Of a stretch of DNA of 64,000 nt, positions 54,867 through 64,000 are shown piece after piece. Under the pieces are notes generated by a model. That model had not been told where the DNA came from, made no database searches, and worked only from the letters and a program-made list of their open reading frames with translations. This DNA is from a virus. Position numbers and translations under genes: made by a program. Numbering within the stretch: the stretch's first letter is position 1; the number at the start of each line of letters is the position of its first letter. The DNA lies in IMG/VR virus record IMGVR_UViG_3300045988_173425, positions 32,001 through 96,000 of that record. One strand, 5' to 3'.

Positions 54867-56704
54867 GTATCGGACCTGGACTTGTACGCCGAGCGGAACA
54901 AAAAGAAAACGAATACTGGGCTTTCAAGACCTGGAGTGCCAAATGGTGCATATACGGTCAGTCGCCTTCAGCCCCGCTTGTAATTACGTCTATCGTCGGT
55001 AACAGAACGCTGTCTATCGACGGCAAAGAGGTGAAAGGTTTTCACCAAGGGCTGGATATTTCGATGCCCGTCGGTACAGGTATATATGCTCCGGTGTATT
55101 GTAAGTGCGTCCGCATAAGCCGCAATCCCGACGCTCCTTCAGGAAACTACGTTTCAGTGGTAATTCCAGCGTGGTGGTTTGGAGACGTTGGACCATTTGG
55201 CCAATTCCATACGGCCAATTTAGCAAATAACGCTTTATATCGAAACAAATGGGCCGAAGACGCCATAGCTTGCGGCGCTTACGCCACGGTGCGTTTCATG
55301 CACTTGAGCAGTATATCCAACGTCAAAGAAGGCGACTGGATGGAGCCGGGTGATCTCATAGGGCGATCAGGAAATACAGGCCGTTCTACTGGGCCGCACC
55401 TGCACTTGGATTGCGCGTTTGGAGCCGACTGGTTGAATCCGGCGCAAATGATGAGTAACTGTTACTTTTCTACTTCCAAAAAGGAATTCAACCCTTATAT
55501 AACCCCATACGATCGACGGCGGTTTACTACTGATGTCGGTTCAAAACCTGTACCCGACTATCAATGGATAATCGACTTTGTACGCTATCAAAAAGTTGAC
55601 ATTCCGTACGATTCCAACGCCACGGAGCCGTTGGTTCCTGATGTTAAACTCCAAAACCTTCAGGCCCAACAACGGTTAGCGCCCGGAATTTGGCAAATAG
55701 TGAAACTTATCATTGACGAAAACGTGGCGAATCGCCAGTTGTACGATGGTACTATCACAAACCAGACTGGGCCGTTGCTTAATTGGTTCAATAAGGTTTG
55801 CCAAGAACCGTTCGTCGAGTTCATGGGTGAAACGTTTGGCGATCAGTATTACTTCATCGCTCGGCGCCCGCCCTTTGATCATGGAAGCGTGTTGAGGGCT
55901 TACAACTACGCCATTGGTGGAAGCGGTTTGTATCACGTTGTCCGAAAAGAGCAGGTCGTCGAAACTAATTTCAGCCAAAGTATCTCAAACGCTTATTCAT
56001 GGTATTATCTTCGTCCGCGTATTTCGTTTGGCGGAAATAGCAAAACTACCTACTACATCCCTGCAGTATTCTTCCCTGAAATGGCTGCGATGTTTGGGTC
56101 ACGTGCTTGTCACGTTCAGAGCAACTACTACAATGCCGTTGATACTGGCGAAGATGACATTGATAACGCCAACGAAGAGATCAGCAAGTCAGCACGAAAT
56201 AACTTTGCGAAGTCGTACCTGCAAATGATGCTCGACTTGAAGTTCTTGATCGAAACGACGATCTATCTGCCGTTCACGCGCCAAGGAACTATCACACTGT
56301 ATGGTTATCGCCAAATTAAGCGCGGTATGTGGATTCACTTCGCGCCAACAGACGAAATGTACTATGTCGATGCCGTGACGAACACATTCCAGAGCGTCGG
56401 AAACAAGGTATTTCGTTCAACCGTGTTACAGGTTTCACGCGGAATGAAAGTGAGTCTAATTGATGGAACAAACCAACGGTCATTAGGTACAGAAGATCGC
56501 GCAGGAGGGTACGCTCCTAAAGCAGGCTATTTTGGTCTTGTTGACTTTGGTTCAACCAGAGTGGGGGCTTCTTATCCTGAAAAGTGGAATGGTTTGATAG
56601 ACGGTACAACTACTTTTAACGAGTGTATATCGAACATAAGAATTAATCAAACTATTTTGAATCAACTGTGTACAAAGGTAGGTTTCTTGCCTACGCAACA
56701 ATAG
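54863..56704 (+). CDS. baseplate hub protein with M23 (LytM-type) peptidase domain
   Basis: HQGLDISMPVGTGIYAP (HxxxD) and GNTGRSTGPHLHLD (HxH). Confidence 0.75.
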   Translation: MSIGPGLVRRAEQKENEYWAFKTWSAKWCIYGQSPSAPLVITSIVGNRTLSIDGKEVKGFHQGLDISMPVGTGIYAPVYCKCVRISRNPDAPSGNYVSVVIPAWWFGDVGPFGQFHTANLANNALYRNKWAEDAIACGAYATVRFMHLSSISNVKEGDWMEPGDLIGRSGNTGRSTGPHLHLDCAFGADWLNPAQMMSNCYFSTSKKEFNPYITPYDRRRFTTDVGSKPVPDYQWIIDFVRYQKVDIPYDSNATEPLVPDVKLQNLQAQQRLAPGIWQIVKLIIDENVANRQLYDGTITNQTGPLLNWFNKVCQEPFVEFMGETFGDQYYFIARRPPFDHGSVLRAYNYAIGGSGLYHVVRKEQVVETNFSQSISNAYSWYYLRPRISFGGNSKTTYYIPAVFFPEMAAMFGSRACHVQSNYYNAVDTGEDDIDNANEEISKSARNNFAKSYLQMMLDLKFLIETTIYLPFTRQGTITLYGYRQIKRGMWIHFAPTDEMYYVDAVTNTFQSVGNKVFRSTVLQVSRGMKVSLIDGTNQRSLGTEDRAGGYAPKAGYFGLVDFGSTRVGASYPEKWNGLIDGTTTFNECISNIRINQTILNQLCTKVGFLPTQQ

Positions 56705-56707
56705 TCC

Positions 56708-57571
56708 ATGGAAACAAAAGAATACAGACGCGCTCCGGCGCCATTTGGCGTACAAATGAACCACCTCTATATGGGGTCTGGCGGTATAGGTTATATCGTC
56801 ATACCTGAAGGAGGTGAGAATCGTGAATTGTATATCCAAAACTGCATGCGGACCAATACAGTTTCCATCCAAGGAGGTCCCGGCCGTTCGATTTACAACA
56901 ATGTCCCTATTCCGCCGTCAGTGCTGGAAACCGTTGAATTTCCTGTATCTATTAACGAATTTGGAACGCCTATCGTTTGGGTACTGGATGAATACGAACA
57001 GTGGCCTATCGTGGTAAATTCGTTGGACTTGCGCAACTTCAACCAGCAGCAATACGGCCAACGAACGCTGCGCAAAGAATCTAACGGCGTTATCGCTGAA
57101 GTAAAGACCGATGCTTCTCAGGGCATCATCGACATCTATGTAAACGGCACGGAATACACTCCAGCGGAAATAAATATTCGCGTTCAATCGACAAACGCCG
57201 ATTCAAAGGTCAATATTGTTTCCGACGCTGACATAAGCGTATCTGGCGACAAGAACGTTGAAATCACCTCTGCCGCTCGTATCACGGCGCATATTGTAAA
57301 TGGCGTTGATACTGAAGCGGGCATTGAAGTCGTTCTCCAAGACGACGAACTTCAATACGCCACTAAAGGTGCAAAATCGACCTTTATTGTGAAAGAGGGG
57401 AAAGCGTCATTCAACAACGGCGAAAACCGCGGTATGGTAAATATTGCACAAATTGAATCGCTGGTGCAAGCCCTCCAAAAAGACCTGCTGATCGCTTCGT
57501 CTGGTTCGAACCTTTCAACATGGATGGCAAACGAGATGCCTAAAATGGAAGACAAGAAATTATCACATTAA
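56708..57571 (+). CDS. baseplate spike candidate
   Basis: Repetitive beta-strand region VNIVSDADISVSGDKNVEITSAARITAHIVNG. Lies after the hub gene. Confidence 0.35.
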   Translation: METKEYRRAPAPFGVQMNHLYMGSGGIGYIVIPEGGENRELYIQNCMRTNTVSIQGGPGRSIYNNVPIPPSVLETVEFPVSINEFGTPIVWVLDEYEQWPIVVNSLDLRNFNQQQYGQRTLRKESNGVIAEVKTDASQGIIDIYVNGTEYTPAEINIRVQSTNADSKVNIVSDADISVSGDKNVEITSAARITAHIVNGVDTEAGIEVVLQDDELQYATKGAKSTFIVKEGKASFNNGENRGMVNIAQIESLVQALQKDLLIASSGSNLSTWMANEMPKMEDKKLSH

Positions 57572-57575
57572 CGCC

Positions 57576-58022
57576 ATGGGAAAGTTAGGAATAGACCCCT
57601 CAATGGTAATTCGCGCCACGTGTAAAGATTATATCGCTACACTCCCCGCAGAAGAGGCTGATAGCTATGTGGAAGATATGACAAAATCCGTCGGCGATTC
57701 TATCCAGCAGAAGATAGATGAGGCTGAAACGTGGTTGACCGCTGCCGAAACTTCCGGTCAAAACGCCATTGAAGCCTGCTCCACGCTGGCGGTTCAGGCC
57801 GTATGCGCTGACCCTATGGCTGGCGTGGCGTCGGCAGGCGTTATCGCTTCAGCTAAATCGGGAGCAGCCACAGCCAAGGCCACCGTTGCTACGGGCAATG
57901 CCGCTATTCAGCAGGTAATACGAATTGTTGGCGGTTTCATGCTACCTTTACCAGCGCCCGTTACCGCTGCTGCTCAACTGCTGGCTTCGGCCGATGCAGC
58001 GCTGTCTGCACTGCCCTTGTAA
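57576..58022 (+). CDS. baseplate-module hypothetical protein
   Basis: 148 aa, Ala-rich. Assignment is from position only. Confidence 0.45.
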   Translation: MGKLGIDPSMVIRATCKDYIATLPAEEADSYVEDMTKSVGDSIQQKIDEAETWLTAAETSGQNAIEACSTLAVQAVCADPMAGVASAGVIASAKSGAATAKATVATGNAAIQQVIRIVGGFMLPLPAPVTAAAQLLASADAALSALPL

Positions 58023-58050
58023 CAAGTATAATTGATGTAAATTTACGACG

Positions 58051-58839
58051 ATGCCGACCATAGCAGGAACAGTTCTGAACAAAGCCAAAGGAGACTTCGC
58101 TACCGCAGCGAGCGACGCGCTCGTTACGATGGGGCGCGGGTTGGTACACGCTGTTGCGCCGGACGACTACGAGTATTACATGTGCACGTTGGAGTTGTTG
58201 AGGTCAAGCGGTGAAACAGCGGCTTTCATGAACTTACCTGTAATGCCCAGCAACATCACTGAAAGCCGTACATCGCTAACTACCATCACCAAGACCAACA
58301 ACGTGGTAGTGTCGATGATCAATCCATCGTTCAACCCCGTCGATATTTCACTGCGTGGTACGTTTGGCCGCAAATTGCGTATTTCATTCGGCCAGCAACA
58401 GTTCAAGGACCAAGCCGAGGACGGGGCTTCGATACCGTTTTTCAACATCGGTATGTTTACCGGAGCGGCTGGCGTTGGCGATAACCGAACGATGATTGCT
58501 AAAACGGGGTATGGTCTCACCAAGATGATGCAGAAAATCTTGACCGCTGCTACAAAGTTGGACCCCAACGGCAAGCCCTATCGGTTGGTATTTACCAACC
58601 ACGCTTTCAATACGGCGTATTACGTTGAGGTCGTTCAGGATAACTATTCGATGGATGAAAACAGCAACATGATCTGGAATTACTCCATCGAACTCCGCGC
58701 TGTGGCGGCCTATACTACAATAAAGTCGGTGAACGACTTTTTAGGACAGGTCATGAACCAATCGTTGAGTAGAAGTGTGACACGCGTACTGGGGCAGGTT
58801 AGTGACCTGTTGACGTGCGGTGTCATGAATATGTTTTAG
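58051..58839 (+). CDS. baseplate-module hypothetical protein
   Basis: 262-aa ORF with an ATG start. Assignment is from position only. Confidence 0.5.
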   Translation: MPTIAGTVLNKAKGDFATAASDALVTMGRGLVHAVAPDDYEYYMCTLELLRSSGETAAFMNLPVMPSNITESRTSLTTITKTNNVVVSMINPSFNPVDISLRGTFGRKLRISFGQQQFKDQAEDGASIPFFNIGMFTGAAGVGDNRTMIAKTGYGLTKMMQKILTAATKLDPNGKPYRLVFTNHAFNTAYYVEVVQDNYSMDENSNMIWNYSIELRAVAAYTTIKSVNDFLGQVMNQSLSRSVTRVLGQVSDLLTCGVMNMF

Positions 58840-58841
58840 CC

Positions 58842-59843
58842 ATGTTGATACCTGAATACATAATCCGCTTTTCGAACGTCACGAAATATCGCCTGACGGA
58901 GTTCTTGGAACGGTATCAAGACTTCTTCGACAACGACTATGCATCCATAGACCAGTATTTTTCCGGTCTCAGCGAAAGCGTCGATCACGATCGTTTGCGC
59001 CGCCTTCAAAAACTTCTCGGCGATTGCCGCGAACTTCAGGCCCAGTTCAAGAACTACAGTAACCGCTTTGATAACTGCGGCTATTGGCTGCTGATGGAGT
59101 GGATAGACGATCTTATCATACAGGTGGAAAAGGTCATGAAGTTACCCAAGTTCCGCCGCACCACGCTTACGGCTCGTAACTACAAGCCTGTAATTCAGGT
59201 CGAGTCTACTATTGGCGCACAACGTACCATGGAGGACTTGTCGTTTGCTATCCAGTCTAACGGCATGGACCGCGTTTCATGGGAGCAACTGATGTTGGAT
59301 AATGACCTTGAAGAAGACCAGTGGGAAATCGACGAACTGAAGCCTGTTACTGCCATGGTGAATAATATCACTCCGGCTGCTGTGACGACTATTCTCGAAC
59401 CGCCCGTCGGCGAACAGGTCTACGGCAAGGACATCGCGCGTAAAATTACGATCGAGGTTGAAGAAGAAGTGGAAACAAAGGCCGATTTCAGGCGATCTGG
59501 CGACCGAACGTCGGTTATATCGGCCCGGCGTATAGGTGACCTGAAAATCGCGAAATACAAGGATAATATCGACCAAAAGGTGATGATCCTCATGGGACTA
59601 AACCGCGGAACGGTTCCTGATAATCCGTTACTGGGCGTTGACGCTAACCTCACCGCAGGCGTCACGGCGGCCCAGCTGTCATTACCCACGGTTCGACGCC
59701 AGATGGTCGATACGTTCCTTCAAGACGACCTGTTTGAATCGGTAGACATGACAGCCGTTGAACAGAACCAAGACTCGTTGGTTTGTACGCTTGAAATTAA
59801 GACGAAGTACAACGACAAAGTGACCAAAAAAGTGAAGCTATGA
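58842..59843 (+). CDS. baseplate-module hypothetical protein
   Basis: Track ORF starts on GTG at 58815. The ATG at 58842 is 3 nt after the upstream stop. Confidence 0.5.
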   Translation: MLIPEYIIRFSNVTKYRLTEFLERYQDFFDNDYASIDQYFSGLSESVDHDRLRRLQKLLGDCRELQAQFKNYSNRFDNCGYWLLMEWIDDLIIQVEKVMKLPKFRRTTLTARNYKPVIQVESTIGAQRTMEDLSFAIQSNGMDRVSWEQLMLDNDLEEDQWEIDELKPVTAMVNNITPAAVTTILEPPVGEQVYGKDIARKITIEVEEEVETKADFRRSGDRTSVISARRIGDLKIAKYKDNIDQKVMILMGLNRGTVPDNPLLGVDANLTAGVTAAQLSLPTVRRQMVDTFLQDDLFESVDMTAVEQNQDSLVCTLEIKTKYNDKVTKKVKL

Positions 59844-61102
59844 TAACGCAAATAACGCCAATAGAGGAACTCAAGCAGATGTGGCTTGAAATATTCCTGA
59901 ATAAAACCGATAAGATATCTGACGTGTCAGCTGAGTCGGTTTTGAATGCCATGGCCTACGCCGATTCCAAAATCGGCCAGAAGATCATGGTCAATCAGGC
60001 CGTTATCGAAGGTCATATCTTCCCTGACACCGCCGCAGGCGAATACCTCGACGCGCTGGCTGCGTTACGAGGCGTTGCACCACGATTCGAAGCCGCTCCC
60101 GCTACGACCTACGTTCGCGTGATTGGCGATCCGGGCACGTTCTATCAGGCAGGCACGATGTTCACCTCAACGACCGGGTTAACGTTCGTTTCCACGGAAG
60201 ACGCGACTATTGGCGGCGTCGATGAAAATACAGGGCGTGTGGTTGTAAATTCACGGTTGGCGTATATCCCAGTTCGGTGTACGAAGTCCGGCGCTACTAC
60301 CAACGTGCCTCCGCTGTCGTTGAATCGTGTTAATCCTACACCGCCGGGACATCAAAGTTGCACCAACGAATATCAGGCCACTGGTGGGCGCGATAAGGAA
60401 GATGACGAAACGTTCCGCGTCCGTATCAAGGAAAGTGTCAACCAATTGGCAATGAACACTCTGTCGCAGTTGGAGCAGGTACTGATGAAAATCAACCCAC
60501 GTGTTCTTCGAGTGTTGAAAGGCGGGTATGGCGAATCGCAAACTACAGGTTCTGCCGCTGAAAGCCGTATCAACCTCACGGTGGTTTCAGTCAACGGCCA
60601 GAACTTCACTCAAGAAGAGTTTGACGAAATGTATTCCCGCGCCGAAGAGTATTTGTGTCTTACCGACCTGTTGCGCGTTTCTATCGCCGGAGCGCGTTAT
60701 CCGGCTATCAACCTGCGTAACGTGAACTGGCTTGCGGTCAACGTCGACTTCCGTGTTGATATCGACCCGGCCTACAACACGGACGACGTTCGTACCCAGA
60801 TTCAACTTCAAATGAACAAACTGTTCGACTATCGTTTCTGGAAACCGGGCGACAAGGTTGAATGGGAAGATATGCTGTATGTCGTCAAGAACGTCGAGGG
60901 TGTGCGCTACGTTCCCGATACACACTTCAACCCCAGCTACGATATTAACGTTCCGGAATACACGTTACCTCGTGTACGGAGTTTCGTGATGCGCGATTTG
61001 GACGGTAACGTGATAATCGACAACAACGGAGTTCTTTCTGAAGTGTTCTACCCTAACGTCGAAGACTCAAACTACCAAGCAACCGTGTTAATGTCTATCT
61101 GA
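59840..61102 (+). CDS. baseplate J-like (wedge) protein
   Basis: 420 aa. DTAAGEYLDALAALRGVAPR...ATTYVRVIGDPGTFYQAGTMFTS resembles the Baseplate_J family N-terminal signature. Confidence 0.55.
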   Translation: MITQITPIEELKQMWLEIFLNKTDKISDVSAESVLNAMAYADSKIGQKIMVNQAVIEGHIFPDTAAGEYLDALAALRGVAPRFEAAPATTYVRVIGDPGTFYQAGTMFTSTTGLTFVSTEDATIGGVDENTGRVVVNSRLAYIPVRCTKSGATTNVPPLSLNRVNPTPPGHQSCTNEYQATGGRDKEDDETFRVRIKESVNQLAMNTLSQLEQVLMKINPRVLRVLKGGYGESQTTGSAAESRINLTVVSVNGQNFTQEEFDEMYSRAEEYLCLTDLLRVSIAGARYPAINLRNVNWLAVNVDFRVDIDPAYNTDDVRTQIQLQMNKLFDYRFWKPGDKVEWEDMLYVVKNVEGVRYVPDTHFNPSYDINVPEYTLPRVRSFVMRDLDGNVIIDNNGVLSEVFYPNVEDSNYQATVLMSI

Positions 61103-61103
61103 T

Positions 61104-63230
61104 ATGAATCTCACTACCTCTATACGCAGTAAGGTCGTTGTTTCGTCATCGAACGAAGTAACGATCACCGCCGTGGCTGAAGGCAAATTGCCTGAAATCT
61201 ACGAGGCTGAGATTCTTCAGGAGCCGAAAACCATCAACAATACGTCAGGAGTTCAGGGCGACCTCATGATCAGTCTCGATAAGCCGCCTGCTGATGCTGC
61301 TCTTACGAGTGATGGCCGACTGGTTTTAACCGTGTCTGACGGCGAAGAGGATAAGTACCGCCGCGACGGTGCAAACTTGATGTATGACCGCACAACGGAG
61401 CCTGCGCTGAATAATACGATGGCTAACGTCGGCGATCAGCTGTTGGTGGCCATAACGTGTGATATATCAGGCCGCGTGTCGTTGACGGAGTTCGTTGACG
61501 ACCTTACAGGCGTAAGCGCTCCAGCCGACGTGGTGAGATTATTCCAAGTGTCGGCCGACGGTATTTTCTGGACTGAATGGACTGAACTAACCGACGCCGT
61601 TCTTCAAGCGTTAGACCCCATTACGGCTGATGGTGCGTTGATGATCTCGATTCAGTACATCCGTCAAGGGGGCCTCGACCCCATCGAGTTCAAGTCGGCT
61701 ATGTTCAGCGGCGCGGTTGAGCCTATACAGTTTGTTGCCCCGGTTATCGACGAGTCAATATTCGCTTCAGTGGCTTCTTCTGAACAGACCAAGCGTATAG
61801 AGCGTAACCTGTTCAAGAAACTGTACTATCGCGGCGTGATGGCGCAATATGTTACCCGCGGCGCTAATCGTGACTACGACGAAGATCGTGACTACGTTTC
61901 GTTGTTTTCTACCGTTGGACGTTTCTTTGCCATGATGGTTTCGTTCGCTAAACGGTTTGAAAACATATACAACGACTTCGAACTCCTGCGTGAGTACGTT
62001 CGTCAGATAGGACTGTATTTCGACGAAAAAAGCGTCACGCTGGAAGAACTTCAGTATTTGGCTTCACACTACTACGATGAGATACGCCAGCGCGGTACAG
62101 CCATGGTGTTTGCTCGGCGTGACAAAAATAGACCCTACAACGGCGAATTCGTAAGGCTGTTCGGCATCGAAGACAGTGACGAACTTTTGACCGCCAACCT
62201 GCCTGCGTCAGCCATGGGTTGGTGTTTAGGGAAGTCGTCGCCCTTGTATCGCGGCGTTGGCGATTCTAACCAGTTGAATAAAACCCGTGAAACGTCGCCT
62301 GACTTTGAGGCGTTGGACGACTTCGTGACTACGGGAAATGTATCCATCGAAGAAACCGCCGATAAGTACATCGTTGGCTACGACCGTGAAACAAAGGCTC
62401 CTATTTACAAGAACAAGGTTTGCCTCAAAATAACGGAACAAGGCGGTTTAGGACGCGGTGACGCCACTACGCCTGTTGATGATCGGGTGTATACCGCTGA
62501 CTGCAACCTTTCATACGAAGTGTCGTTTTGGATGAAGAGTAACGGCAAGGGAACGCTGAATTTCGGCGTTGAAGGTTTCAACATTTTCAAGACCGCACTC
62601 AACACGGGATTCATTCGTTTGGATTCCACGCAGGTGACAGATTATTTCGCCAACGAATTGCCACTTTCGTCCTTGAAGGCCAACACGTGGTATCACGTTC
62701 GCGGTATTATCCACGCTTACAACACCAAACCCATTACCGTAAACGCACCTGGCCTGAACATTGCGCCGCACCTTGGTACGCAATTATGCTACAACAATTA
62801 TTCGGTTGAGTACATTCTTCCGAAGATTCAGTTAAGTGGCGACGACTCCGCGGCTGTACTGTACATCTGGGACTACAAGATACGACCGCTCGTATACGGC
62901 AGGAATATTCTTCCGCTCAAGGAAACGCTCCGCGTTGACGCTCGTTCAAACGGATTTATACAATCACAGCGGTTGTTTTACATCTTCTTGAAGAATAACA
63001 ACAACTCAATGTCGCAAGCCCAGCTGGAACAAATCGTGAATAAATACCTCATACCGTATGGATTCCAGCCTGTGTTTGTGTACGGTACTACGCCAGTTAA
63101 CACTTCAACTACACCGTCGGAATTTACGCCGTATTTGGTATTGACGCCAAATTCAATTATCATAAACGCGAGTGGCACTCCAGCGCTTGTGGACCTGAAG
63201 ACCAACACCAACGTCATTAAAGTTGAATAA
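61104..63230 (+). CDS. baseplate / fibre-associated structural protein
   Basis: 708-aa ORF after the J-like gene. No motif recognised. Confidence 0.5.
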   Translation: MNLTTSIRSKVVVSSSNEVTITAVAEGKLPEIYEAEILQEPKTINNTSGVQGDLMISLDKPPADAALTSDGRLVLTVSDGEEDKYRRDGANLMYDRTTEPALNNTMANVGDQLLVAITCDISGRVSLTEFVDDLTGVSAPADVVRLFQVSADGIFWTEWTELTDAVLQALDPITADGALMISIQYIRQGGLDPIEFKSAMFSGAVEPIQFVAPVIDESIFASVASSEQTKRIERNLFKKLYYRGVMAQYVTRGANRDYDEDRDYVSLFSTVGRFFAMMVSFAKRFENIYNDFELLREYVRQIGLYFDEKSVTLEELQYLASHYYDEIRQRGTAMVFARRDKNRPYNGEFVRLFGIEDSDELLTANLPASAMGWCLGKSSPLYRGVGDSNQLNKTRETSPDFEALDDFVTTGNVSIEETADKYIVGYDRETKAPIYKNKVCLKITEQGGLGRGDATTPVDDRVYTADCNLSYEVSFWMKSNGKGTLNFGVEGFNIFKTALNTGFIRLDSTQVTDYFANELPLSSLKANTWYHVRGIIHAYNTKPITVNAPGLNIAPHLGTQLCYNNYSVEYILPKIQLSGDDSAAVLYIWDYKIRPLVYGRNILPLKETLRVDARSNGFIQSQRLFYIFLKNNNNSMSQAQLEQIVNKYLIPYGFQPVFVYGTTPVNTSTTPSEFTPYLVLTPNSIIINASGTPALVDLKTNTNVIKVE

Positions 63231-63235
63231 AGATA

Positions 63236-64000
63236 TGTCGAAATTGAAACTATCGCCAAACCTCTTTCTCGAGGTGGCTGAATTGGAGAACTTTCGTCGC
63301 CTGATGGTAGACGAAGGTTACAAGGCCGTGTTCCAATCGATGGTGAAAAACTTCGGAATTGCTCGTAATTCCGACTCCAGTGCTTTTGAAGTCACGGCTA
63401 CTGGCGAAGAAAACATCGTTTCCGTGGCCCCCGGCGTGGCGTGGAATAAGGACTTTGATCGTATCATAAGTCAAGAGGCCGTTACACTTCAGGCCCTTCA
63501 GTCCGACGTCAAGACGTGGATAATTCTTTCTCGCGCCACAACAAACTACGAAGCAGGAACGGTTTCCGTCACTACCGACGGCACGCTTACTGGTGTTGGA
63601 ACCGAATTCACAAAGGTACTGCGCGGTGGAGACAACTTCCCTAACGCCGTTAAGTTCATCGACTCTACAGCCAATATCCTCAGTTACGAAGTTATCAACG
63701 TGGTTTCTGACACGTCGGCTGTTATTGCCGCTCCCGCTACGGCCGAAAGCGACATGCGATACGGCGTTGTTGGAGCCTTCACGCCGGGCTTCGTTCCGTC
63801 GGCGGCCAATGAACTCATTTACGAGTATGACTCCTTCCAAATTAGGATGGTACAGTCGGAAAACGCGCCTGAAATTCAAGAGGGCTATGAGTTTATCATC
63901 GCCCAGCTGAACTGGGATAGCGGTGAAATGTCGATCGTCGATATGCGCAACTCGTGTACGTTTGACGCCGAACCCGCGCAGGAAATCGCTGCTGCTTCAA
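63236..64000 (+). CDS. structural-module protein (3' end outside window)
   Basis: The ATG at 63236 opens a frame with no stop up to nt 64000 (255 codons, MSKLKLSPNLFLEVAELENF...). It is not in the ORF track. The antisense ORF 63250..63879 is judged a shadow. Confidence 0.55.

Noticed and set aside
1-64000. CRISPR array, integrase/transposase or known defence/anti-defence cassette
   Set aside because: I found no regularly spaced direct repeats, no recombinase or transposase motifs, and no recognisable restriction, Abi, toxin-antitoxin or anti-CRISPR signatures when reading the ORF translations. Small hypothetical early genes could still hide anti-defence functions.

Overview
This window reads as a contiguous piece of a large tailed dsDNA phage genome with a contractile tail. 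It holds about 75 tightly packed genes, and all but one are on the + strand. I saw no integrase, rRNA or CRISPR array.

Layout:
- 1-12.3 kb: small hypothetical early-type genes, an HU-like protein, one tRNA-Gln(UUG) inside a ~750-nt structured non-coding locus, and a DnaQ-like exonuclease.
- 12.3-38.8 kb: an intein-interrupted large terminase, a dUTPase, a ferritin-like protein, a flap endonuclease, a possible thymidine-hypermodification enzyme, the portal and a lysis-like cassette. These are followed by a MuF head-morphogenesis gene, a radical SAM/SPASM operon and two giant multi-domain (polyvalent-type) proteins.
- 38.8-64 kb: a fibre gene, prohead protease/scaffold, major capsid, neck, sheath, tube, chaperones, tape measure, an M23 hub and baseplate genes.

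Most gene starts lack a Shine-Dalgarno sequence. A promoter/leader element present in four copies has TT(T/G)G, a 19-nt spacer, then TAccTT(T/C)G. That matches the Bacteroidota -33/-7 consensus, so a Bacteroidota host is inferred.

Most interesting observations:
1. A 1.26-kb segment bounded by a perfect 63-bp in-frame inverted repeat. Inversion would swap the C-terminal tip of the fibre protein, yet no invertase is visible in the window.
2. A radical SAM/SPASM + LmbE-like + glycosyltransferase-like operon lying between MuF and the polyvalent proteins.
3. A LAGLIDADG intein in the terminase P-loop.
4. A G-quadruplex/hairpin-rich non-coding island.
5. A candidate structured RNA next to the tRNA.

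All functional calls come from motifs read by eye. No database or HMM search was possible.
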